NCBI GenBank assembly: GCA_016839785.1
Contig: JAEOTQ010000237.1
Span: 1 to 28,949, forward strand
Length of the DNA: 28,949 nt
Direction of reading: 5' to 3'
DNA from: Candidatus Hodarchaeota archaeon
GTDB taxonomy: Archaea > Asgardarchaeota > Heimdallarchaeia > Hodarchaeales > Hodarchaeaceae
The position numbers and the translations under genes are program-made. Under the pieces are notes generated by a model, which was not told where the DNA came from, ran no database searches, and saw nothing but the letters and a program-made list of their open reading frames with translations. Positions within the stretch are counted from its first letter, which is position 1, and each line of letters starts with the position of its first letter. Positions 20,162 to 28,209 of this stretch are shown piece after piece.

Positions 20162-20251
20162 TCAATATTGATTGTGTTTGGTCTTTATAAATTCGAAATC
20201 ACAATTCGTGGATTTTGAATATTTAAGGTGGAATTAGGATCAATATTGATC
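20162..20251. promoter_or_regulatory. Symmetric divergent promoter pair with TCAATATTGA palindromes
   Basis: TTTCGAATTTATAAA (-, 20198-20184) and TTTTGAATATTTAAG (+, 20213-20227), each followed after exactly 12 nt by TCAATATTGA (20171-20162; 20240-20249). Confidence 0.65.
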
Positions 20252-20262
20252 AATGGTTTTGA

Positions 20263-21954
20263 GTGAGCGAATTGGGAACTGTAACAACACCTCCAACGAG
20301 AGTAAAGATTTCGTTATACCAAGATGACGTTTTAGTAGTTGAAACCAAGAGGTCTACGAACTTACTAGTAACAGATATCACCTTAGTATCAGTGATAGGA
20401 ATAATAGTTTATAACACAAGCAGTTTTTCATTAATCAGAAAGGTTATTGAAAATAACACCAGAGTCTCAATGTGGAGAGCTAATAGAATCGTACAAAAAA
20501 TTACCAAACATAACAAAATCCCTGTAGAAACATTATACAGTCATAATTTGATGATCATCAAAGAATCAATGTGTGGTTACGGATCGATACCAAAATTTTT
20601 GATGGAAAGAGCATATGATAGCTTAATAGAAAAAAGAACGGCGGTATTGAGCACTCTTTTGAATGGGTTTCAACTTAAAATCCTCTCAAAGAACTTATTG
20701 AAGAGAGCTTTTATTCATAAAAAAACAATCAAAGAATTATGGCAAGAAATTCCATACGATTTGGAGTTCGTCCGATCAGTCGCCGAATTGGAACGGGTAC
20801 CAAAACGAATAGTACCTTCACTGCCATTCAGCAATGGGAACATCAGAATTCCGATTGGTAGGTTATTTCTGAACTCGCAACGAGAAGTTGGATTTAATAT
20901 ACTTCCAAAACTAGTCATAATGGGAGGATCTGACCATAAACTTGCGATAGGAACATTACAGAGCTTCATTAAAACTGTGACGGTGAGAGGAGAAAAAGTT
21001 ATTATCATTGACCTAGGAAATGAGCTGGGTGGATTAAACGAAGCAACGAGTAGTGAGTCCAATCCCAATCTGCAGCTGAAGGAATTTCATATAGGAAGGA
21101 ATTTTCTTCTCAATCTGTTTAAGGTAGATATTCCTACTTCGCAAGAAAATCCGATGAGTAGGATGGTTTTTCAGGCAAATTCCATTGCCAATATTTTAGG
21201 TTATGCAAGTGATTCCACCGAAGTAATGTCCCATCTATCCTTATTGAAAACGAAGGTACTAGATTCGATCCAGAAACATTCGTCAAAGGATTATACACTA
21301 GCTCAATTCGTTGAATCAGAGGTGTTCGCAAAGCCAACATCTGAGTTTGAATTTTCAATTATAGAGCAACTAAGCGCGGAATTGAGTATTTTTGCAGGAT
21401 TTGACCATTTGAATCACATAGAGTTCGATCAAGAATATGATTTCTATCTCGATCCAAGTCCAGGAATAACGCTTTTCCATTTTCCTAACCAAATTTCTCC
21501 AATTAAACGTGTAACATTCGCTTTCCTCCTACAAAAAATCGGAATGAGGTGTGACCCAAAAACAGTAGTTGTCATTACAAATGCATCCCAGATGTTAAAA
21601 AATACTGAAGAAAATTTGCGAAATAGAGGTAATACATTATACGAGGAAACAATAGGGAGATATTGTGAACAGATAACCCGAACAGGATGTTTAACCCTAG
21701 TTACAAGTTCTTTTGCAAAACTTCATCCTGATATCAAAGAAATGAAAAGCAGTGTGATCTCCTTAAAGATGGTAGATCCTCAGGATAGGAAATGGTTAAT
21801 CGAGAGGTTTGCCCTAAATCGATATTTAGATAATCCAAATGATTTCTTGGAGAGTTTGGACGGAGAAGGATTGCTTTTTAGGCATGATATACCGCATACG
21901 GTTGATCATTATATTCCTTATACCCTGGAACCAATATTAGAGCAGATTTATTAA
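20263..21954 (+). CDS. HerA/VirB4/FtsK-superfamily (DUF87-like) protein with inactivated Walker motifs
   Basis: Motif order preserved: IPIG, LVIMGGSDHKL (Walker A site, no GKT), VIIIDLGNE, LNLF, VVVITNASQM (Walker B site, no DE), LTLVTSS (usually TQ), ISLKMVDPQD, L.GEGLL. Confidence 0.7.
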   Translation: MSELGTVTTPPTRVKISLYQDDVLVVETKRSTNLLVTDITLVSVIGIIVYNTSSFSLIRKVIENNTRVSMWRANRIVQKITKHNKIPVETLYSHNLMIIKESMCGYGSIPKFLMERAYDSLIEKRTAVLSTLLNGFQLKILSKNLLKRAFIHKKTIKELWQEIPYDLEFVRSVAELERVPKRIVPSLPFSNGNIRIPIGRLFLNSQREVGFNILPKLVIMGGSDHKLAIGTLQSFIKTVTVRGEKVIIIDLGNELGGLNEATSSESNPNLQLKEFHIGRNFLLNLFKVDIPTSQENPMSRMVFQANSIANILGYASDSTEVMSHLSLLKTKVLDSIQKHSSKDYTLAQFVESEVFAKPTSEFEFSIIEQLSAELSIFAGFDHLNHIEFDQEYDFYLDPSPGITLFHFPNQISPIKRVTFAFLLQKIGMRCDPKTVVVITNASQMLKNTEENLRNRGNTLYEETIGRYCEQITRTGCLTLVTSSFAKLHPDIKEMKSSVISLKMVDPQDRKWLIERFALNRYLDNPNDFLESLDGEGLLFRHDIPHTVDHYIPYTLEPILEQIY

Positions 21955-21989
21955 CATAGGAAGGACTCGCTCTCCTCTAATGAAGAAAA

Positions 21990-22026
21990 TTTTGAGTTTA
22001 TAAGTTTCAATTAGTATTGTTATTGA
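21990..22026 (+). promoter_or_regulatory. Promoter with the same 15-mer motif
   Basis: TTTTGAGTTTATAAG (21990-22004), then TTGTTATTGA after 12 nt; ATG at 22033. Confidence 0.55.
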
Positions 22027-22067
22027 ATATTAATGGAAGATCATGATTCTGAGGGGGAAGAACTTCG

Positions 22068-24389
22068 TTGAATGATGACGAACAAACCCAAACAAAACAA
22101 TTGGAAGATCAGAAAAGGAAGCAAAAAGAAGAGGAAAATGAGGACTCCAGAGAGTCAGAAAAATTAGACATATTGATGGAAGAGTACATGGACCAGATAC
22201 TAATAGAAGAAGAAAGTAAACCTTTACAAATCAGTGAAGAAGAGGATAAAAATGAAGAGACATCAATTGAAGTGGAGAGAAGGGAAAAGGAAGAAGAAAT
22301 AAGCGTAGAACTGATGAGGAGCACAGAAAAGGAGAAAACAGAAGTAAATTTTCAAGAGGAGGTCGAAGAAGTAGAAAGAGAGAAAGAACAAGAGGTGTTA
22401 CGGGAGGAGTACGAAGATCAAATACTGATGAGCAAGGGAAACACCGAAGAAAGTGTTAATGTTTTACAGGAAGAAAAAATTAGTAATCCAGAAGAAGAAG
22501 AGCAGTTAAAGCGTGAAACAGAAAATTTATTGAATGAAAAATATCAAACTCAGTATATTATCAGTGAAGAAGATATTGTTGAAAATCTAGGTGTAAAAAA
22601 GGAAAGCAGGGAGCATGAGATTGAGAAAACAATGGCGCAAAGGGAGAATTTAGAGGAAATCAAATCCGACGTTAAAAATAGTCAAGATATAAATTCGTTA
22701 ATTAAAGAATTAAACACACAACTTGAAACACGAGATCATTTGGACTCTAGTACCTATAGATTACTAACCAACCTTCATGATGAGGGTACCTATCCAAATA
22801 TTGCTTTTGTGTACAAAAGAGATGGGAGGAAAACAGTAGAACAACTCAATAGACACTTATATGATAAGCTCATAGATAATCAGAGATTAGGGAATTTTAG
22901 ATTAGAATGGCAACGATTCTGGTTTGAAGGCCTAGGTCAGATTGAACAGACAGAACATGGAAGAAGGATATTTTTACTGGATTTATCCAAAGAAGAAGAA
23001 CTCCCAACAAGCATGCGTAGAATTTTCTTGGCAAAGAATACGCATACTTGGAATACACTGGTACCAACGAAACGAGAATTACATAGCATGAATATAAGAG
23101 AATTTATCGATATTTTATTTGGAAAACGAGTGTCATCAGCGGATTTCGAAAATGTAAAGGACTTTACTTACCAGAAAAAAATGAATAATGTGTGGAGAGA
23201 GTTCCAGAGGGTATATAAGAAAGATTTCGATCTAAAAACCACGAAAAGACCTGCATTGTTTGCTTTGAAGCCCGAGTACACAAGAGAAAGCATCGAACAT
23301 ACTTTAATAGGAACATTCTGGAAGTATTATCATGGGCTAGACCGAATTGGGAGGCGAAATATGAAACAATGGGGATACAATAACTTACTGCAATTAATGA
23401 AAAATAAAGCCACAGGCGTTTATCCAACTATCGTCGATCCCAATTACATTGGTCAAAAGTTTGTTGTAAGAGTAGTAAACAAGGGGAGGGCATTTAAACG
23501 CTTGTTAGGTGAACTAGATGAGATAAAAGAAACTGACCATGGAAAAGTAATCGATAGAATATATCAGTCTTGGATCATTGACAACGAAATTCTTCACTCC
23601 AAGGTAATTGATGGATTGATGTGGGGCGTAAAAGAGGCACGATCAACTCACTATATTAAATTTGATAGCATTGCTCATTTAATGAATGAAAAAAACACTT
23701 ATGGAATCAATGCCGTACTAGAAGCATTTTTTGAAAATAAGAATGTCCTAGACTCCTTAAATACAGACTTAAACCAAAAATTTCGAGCTAGATCAGTGTG
23801 TACTTCCTCTGGGTATGCTAGAATTAATTCAGGTGCCTTAAGTACTGCGTATCCTGACCTGAAAATTCACACTGAAAAACCAATAAACGTGCAAATCAAG
23901 GATTTAGGTAAGTGTTTTGACCAAAATAAAAAAGAATTAGTTATATATGATCAATTTAAATCGTTTTTCGGGAAGTCAGATAATTTTGAAAACATTACTC
24001 TCCATCTCATTAATGGTGTGGATTTAACAAGTGTGTATGACGTGAAATCTCATCCGAATCTGACACAAAACAATGTAGGAATTATTACTATTGGTATTTG
24101 GGATGATACTGAAGGGATTAATAAGTTTGGAGAACTCTTTAGCGCACTCAGAATAGCTCAGGATTCTGGATATACTGACAAAGAGGCATTTGATACAGTA
24201 GTAAAATACATTGATGGAACAGGCCAGTCCTTTGACAAAACCGATGAGAATACGCTAAGAAAACTTCAAGGATTGTGGTCTAATGATCCTGCAAACCTAA
24301 TACTGAATGTCATTGAAGTATTCGGGGACAATTTTCAAGAGACCTCTGTGAACAGCATTGTTTCAGATACAACAAAAAAAATTATTTGA
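22068..24389 (+). CDS. Large protein with Glu-rich low-complexity N-terminus and globular C-terminal region (possible PD-(D/E)xK nuclease)
   Basis: First ~200 aa are E/K-rich; candidate motifs PDLKIHTEKPINVQIK and VDLTSVYDVK. Start uncertain (out-of-frame ATG at 22033). Confidence 0.75.
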   Translation: MNDDEQTQTKQLEDQKRKQKEEENEDSRESEKLDILMEEYMDQILIEEESKPLQISEEEDKNEETSIEVERREKEEEISVELMRSTEKEKTEVNFQEEVEEVEREKEQEVLREEYEDQILMSKGNTEESVNVLQEEKISNPEEEEQLKRETENLLNEKYQTQYIISEEDIVENLGVKKESREHEIEKTMAQRENLEEIKSDVKNSQDINSLIKELNTQLETRDHLDSSTYRLLTNLHDEGTYPNIAFVYKRDGRKTVEQLNRHLYDKLIDNQRLGNFRLEWQRFWFEGLGQIEQTEHGRRIFLLDLSKEEELPTSMRRIFLAKNTHTWNTLVPTKRELHSMNIREFIDILFGKRVSSADFENVKDFTYQKKMNNVWREFQRVYKKDFDLKTTKRPALFALKPEYTRESIEHTLIGTFWKYYHGLDRIGRRNMKQWGYNNLLQLMKNKATGVYPTIVDPNYIGQKFVVRVVNKGRAFKRLLGELDEIKETDHGKVIDRIYQSWIIDNEILHSKVIDGLMWGVKEARSTHYIKFDSIAHLMNEKNTYGINAVLEAFFENKNVLDSLNTDLNQKFRARSVCTSSGYARINSGALSTAYPDLKIHTEKPINVQIKDLGKCFDQNKKELVIYDQFKSFFGKSDNFENITLHLINGVDLTSVYDVKSHPNLTQNNVGIITIGIWDDTEGINKFGELFSALRIAQDSGYTDKEAFDTVVKYIDGTGQSFDKTDENTLRKLQGLWSNDPANLILNVIEVFGDNFQETSVNSIVSDTTKKII

Positions 24390-24743
24390 CACCTTTTCCA
24401 CTACTCTTATCTTGATAAAAATGTTTCGAAGGAAAGGTAATATTCCATTCTTTCCCCTAAGAGATTTATTAAGGTATTCGGTAAATTGGTAAAAAATCGT
24501 TTCCTCTGATCTTATTCTCATGTTATTAAATCTTATAATGACTGAATGCTTAAAGTAATTGAGAAAAATATTTCAAAACATTTATCTAATTCGGAAATAG
24601 TGTTGAGATTAATGAATTTCTTTGCTTAAAAAAAGAGTTAAAAACCCTCGGCATGCTAATATGCAGGGTTTATTATCATTAATCCTTAAATCGTTGATAA
24701 AGATTAAATTAGAAGTCAGATCAAATCAGTAGGTATAAAGAAA

Positions 24744-26117
24744 ATGGCAATAGACGATCAAGAATCTTCAGAAATCTTTGCGATCGGAATCGGCGAATGT
24801 GGAAGCAATTTAGTAGGGAGCTATTTAGCGAAATCCAAAAAAGGAGAACTTCCAGCACGCATACGTGAATTCTTAGTGATGAATACGGATAGGGGAGATT
24901 TATTAAAAGCACGAAAAAAATACTCAATCTCATCAAAGCGGACCTTACTCTACTCTGATGCAGAAATTGGAGTGGGTGGAAAATTCTCTGCAGGGTATGA
25001 ATCAGTAATTAATTCTGAGGACATTATCTTAAACCAGTTACAGGCTTTGGGATATGAAGGAATCAGTGGTTTTTGCATTTTTACAAGTTTTGGAGGAGGA
25101 ACTGGTTGTGGAGGGACTCCAGCATTAATTCGCTTACTACGAAAGAGGTTTGCAGAACAAGAAAAACGAAAGATATTCATCTACGTATTTGGAGTTCTCC
25201 CATTTGTAAACCAATCATCTGAAGCTGTTAATAGCGTCTGGGCACTGTCAAAACTTCTTCGATTACAATTAGAGGAAGGAAACATGGGTCCTGATCTTAT
25301 TCTTCTTCTTTCAAATAATACTATGCTGAGTCGCGTATTAAGTATGCAAAGAGGAGAAGCAGCTGATTTAATTACACGAGAAAAAGGACTGGATCTCACA
25401 GCTTTAGATAGCAATGTAACTAGACCGAATGTATTAGGTCAAACTGAAGCACCACTTCCTGTTCAAATGGAAGAAGCTTTCGTTGAACTAATTAATCCAT
25501 TAGCACTTGAGTCTATTGCAGAAATGCTTTCACCTGGGGTTCCAGAACTAGGTAAAGAGGTTTTACCTACAACTGATATTGGAGATTTTGCGCTTAAATT
25601 AGATAGTGTAGTAGTTCCAGCTATGTTCGATGATTTATCTATCTTTCCTGAAGTGGGAGATGTAGGAAATCAATTAGGAGCAGCAGTTGAGTATACAGCT
25701 GCACATTGCAGCCTTACTAATATGGGGAACAATCCTGCTGCTTCATCCGTATTTTCCGTATTAAGTGGACCTAAAGAGATTGCTCGAGTTGAATTCGACC
25801 CCTTATTGAAAAAAGCGCTCAGTCCTTTTCTAGCTAAGGGGGCAAGCATTTCTCCCACTTATTGTGCCTATGATGATGAAAAGGCACGAGCTTCTCTATT
25901 GTTATTATTCGGTTTACCACGAGTACCAGAATTATATGATATATTAGAAGAAGCCAAGTCGTTGATTCAATTACATAGTGGGGATTCAGAATTGAAACAG
26001 CACTGGTTTAAGAGATCAAAAGGGACAACAAAACAGGAATTAGAAAATGCTGTCAGTGATCTGGAAAAATTGTTTGGCTATTATATTAAACCAGATCAAG
26101 ACCAGGTAAATAAGTGA
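24744..26117 (+). CDS. Divergent tubulin/FtsZ-superfamily GTPase (CetZ-like grade)
   Basis: T1 GIGECGSNL, T2 MNTD, T3 GVGGKFSAG, signature SFGGGTGCGGTP (GGGTGCGG core at 25092-25115), GVLP, LSNN, T7-like TTDIGDF, C-domain LLLFGLP. Confidence 0.92.
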   Translation: MAIDDQESSEIFAIGIGECGSNLVGSYLAKSKKGELPARIREFLVMNTDRGDLLKARKKYSISSKRTLLYSDAEIGVGGKFSAGYESVINSEDIILNQLQALGYEGISGFCIFTSFGGGTGCGGTPALIRLLRKRFAEQEKRKIFIYVFGVLPFVNQSSEAVNSVWALSKLLRLQLEEGNMGPDLILLLSNNTMLSRVLSMQRGEAADLITREKGLDLTALDSNVTRPNVLGQTEAPLPVQMEEAFVELINPLALESIAEMLSPGVPELGKEVLPTTDIGDFALKLDSVVVPAMFDDLSIFPEVGDVGNQLGAAVEYTAAHCSLTNMGNNPAASSVFSVLSGPKEIARVEFDPLLKKALSPFLAKGASISPTYCAYDDEKARASLLLLFGLPRVPELYDILEEAKSLIQLHSGDSELKQHWFKRSKGTTKQELENAVSDLEKLFGYYIKPDQDQVNK

Positions 26118-26161
26118 TTTAGGTTCATTTAAGTAGATAAGTAAAGAGGTAGTTAATCAGT

Positions 26162-27169
26162 ATGAATTTTAGTGAAGATCAAAATCCCTCAAAAGGTCCT
26201 TCTACCGATCAGAGGCCTCTCGATGTTCTAGAAAACAAAATAGATTTTTTAATAAATTTGAATTTAACTAGTTTAAATTTAATTACTGCTCTGAGTTCAT
26301 GTATTAGTGATAGAGATGGTATTCCTGATGGAGTACGCAAGGAATTAAGATCAATCCATTCAGCTTTACCAAATCTATTAACTTTTGACAATGCAAAGCC
26401 CGTTTTTATGGATCTTGTGGAAAAATTAAACGCCAAGCTAGCTGAAATTATTGGAACACCCGATACTACTAATATTATTGAACAAGCTTATGATACTTCC
26501 ATCCCAGTTACATCAAATAAAGAAATAATGAAAGGTTTCAATAGGTATGAAAGTTTGATTGATAAATGGGGAATAATTGAGTCCATTGAAGGACTCATGA
26601 GTTCATATAGCACCTTATCAAATTTAGCTTTTCCTACATATTATCTTCACGGGTGCAAAGAGATTCAAAGATACACATTAACACAAGAAATTTCGAATCC
26701 CAATTCTCATGAAATTATCCAATTTCCATGTCTAAAACTTAAGGATTTGATCTTTAAGCTATTGCGAGAAGCACCTGCAGCTCGTTTATTACAGAATTTG
26801 AAAAAAATGTTTCCCCTGCAAAGTAAGATAGAATTGGATGCTTCAGAAGAATCAAATATTCAAGAAATTGTGAAAAAATACATTTCAAATATCTCTGATT
26901 TCCTTAATGGAAAAAGAACATTACAGGATACCATACGAATAAGTACATCAGTTCTTCAGCAATATAATCTAGGGTCTGGAGATTTAGAATCTCGGATTCC
27001 GAATGTATCTTTTTCTGTTGTGAAAGATATCCAAAAAGAATTTCAACTTGCTAGAGGAAATGATTTTAAACAATTTGTCTATTCAGAAACTATTGTTCTA
27101 ATTCATCGCTTAAACGATGCTATTCTACGAAATGATAGGTTTATAGTATTACTGCGACGACTTAAGTGA
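26162..27169 (+). CDS. Helical hypothetical protein downstream of the tubulin-like gene
   Basis: 335-aa ORF, GAGGT upstream, 44 nt after the previous stop; no motif recognised. Confidence 0.8.
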   Translation: MNFSEDQNPSKGPSTDQRPLDVLENKIDFLINLNLTSLNLITALSSCISDRDGIPDGVRKELRSIHSALPNLLTFDNAKPVFMDLVEKLNAKLAEIIGTPDTTNIIEQAYDTSIPVTSNKEIMKGFNRYESLIDKWGIIESIEGLMSSYSTLSNLAFPTYYLHGCKEIQRYTLTQEISNPNSHEIIQFPCLKLKDLIFKLLREAPAARLLQNLKKMFPLQSKIELDASEESNIQEIVKKYISNISDFLNGKRTLQDTIRISTSVLQQYNLGSGDLESRIPNVSFSVVKDIQKEFQLARGNDFKQFVYSETIVLIHRLNDAILRNDRFIVLLRRLK

Positions 27170-27326
27170 TATCTACTACAATTTATACGAAATTCTTGAA
27201 TTAGTATAGGTTTATATTATTCACTTATCGCTAACAAAAATAGAAAGCTTCTTGTAGATACACCTTTAGTAAAATTAACACAATCTGTAATTCAACAATA
27301 TTGGAGTAGAAGAGCGAAGTGAGAAC

Positions 27327-28205
27327 TTGGGAATCGAAGAAAGCCTGAAACAAATTATAGATATAAATGTTAAGATCTATCAAATGCTTCAACAGAGCCA
27401 GGATGTTTCACAAATCCGAACAGAGCTCGAAAGCTCTATTCGTAATTTTTCTGATGTGGCCTTGGCGATAGATGTTAAATTCCAAGAAAGCGCTCGCACT
27501 ATTATTCGACATGTGCAAGAATCATATGAAGGACTCAATCCAGAACTTCTCGCCTCTATTGCTCAGCTACCTCCTGTTCTTGCCACATTGGAGTCTTCGT
27601 TGTCCGAAATAGAAACTACTTTCAAAAATACAGAAGTAAAAATTAAAGAAGATTTGAGATCAATACGAGCAGCATATGTTGAAGATGTACTCGGGAGAAT
27701 GAACACATTAGCTGAGAGTATATCAGAATCAGTCAGCGTTTCCACCGAGAAGACAAGTAATCTTTATGAAGCAAGTATTACACAGTTTGTACAGATTTCT
27801 GAAGATTTAAAGACAATGGAAAGTCACCTAAATTCCCTAATAGAGAATCAGACTGATCAACTAGCTACGGTTGCAGAACTTCGAGATCGAGTCAGTGCAA
27901 TTATACAGGTCGAATTGGCATCATTACGTGATCACATAAATATAAATCTAGAAAATTCTGTCAATGAGTTAAAAACCTCTGTTACAGAGCGACTTATGGT
28001 ACAAGATGGAACTATTCAAAGACTATCTCAAACAGTAGAAGGATTAAATCAATCAGTTTCTAATTTACCTGAAGTAATAAAGGGGGAGATTAATTTAGCT
28101 GTAGATACGAAGTTAATTAGCACAATTGAAAAAATGGAGAAGGAGAATAAAAAAACAACCGCTTTAGTTGTGGGTTTAATACGAAAACTACAAGATGGAT
28201 CATGA
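27327..28205 (+). CDS. Long coiled-coil protein
   Basis: 292 aa of near-continuous heptads, no TM segment; TTG start. Confidence 0.8.
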   Translation: MGIEESLKQIIDINVKIYQMLQQSQDVSQIRTELESSIRNFSDVALAIDVKFQESARTIIRHVQESYEGLNPELLASIAQLPPVLATLESSLSEIETTFKNTEVKIKEDLRSIRAAYVEDVLGRMNTLAESISESVSVSTEKTSNLYEASITQFVQISEDLKTMESHLNSLIENQTDQLATVAELRDRVSAIIQVELASLRDHININLENSVNELKTSVTERLMVQDGTIQRLSQTVEGLNQSVSNLPEVIKGEINLAVDTKLISTIEKMEKENKKTTALVVGLIRKLQDGS

Positions 28206-28209
28206 ATGA

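Larger units (their letters stand above)
14954..24770. mobile_element. Putative ~9.8 kb inserted accessory block (no integrase recognised)
   Basis: Bounded by imperfect direct repeats GAAATATTTGC (14943-14953) and GAAATCTTTGC (24771-24781), both coding EIFA; shared promoter signature inside; decay signs. Confidence 0.4.

Noticed and set aside
24390-24743. ncRNA or CRISPR array in the 354-nt intergenic gap
   Set aside because: AT-rich with no spaced repeats or convincing stable structure; probably promoter plus decayed sequence.
14954-24770. Provirus, transposon or classical integrative element
   Set aside because: No integrase, transposase, capsid or replication gene recognised, no tRNA target and no terminal inverted repeats noticed; kept only as a low-confidence inserted block.
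24744-26117. Bona fide tubulin (AtubA/B, OdinTubulin) or canonical FtsZ
   Set aside because: Lacks tubulin motifs such as GNNWAKG and PxPRxHF, and FtsZ motifs such as GAGxxP and NxDFAD; only superfamily membership is supported.
27327-28205. ESCRT-III/PspA or methyl-accepting chemotaxis protein
   Set aside because: No basic-N/acidic-C Snf7 layout and no MCP hairpin motif; only generic coiled coil.
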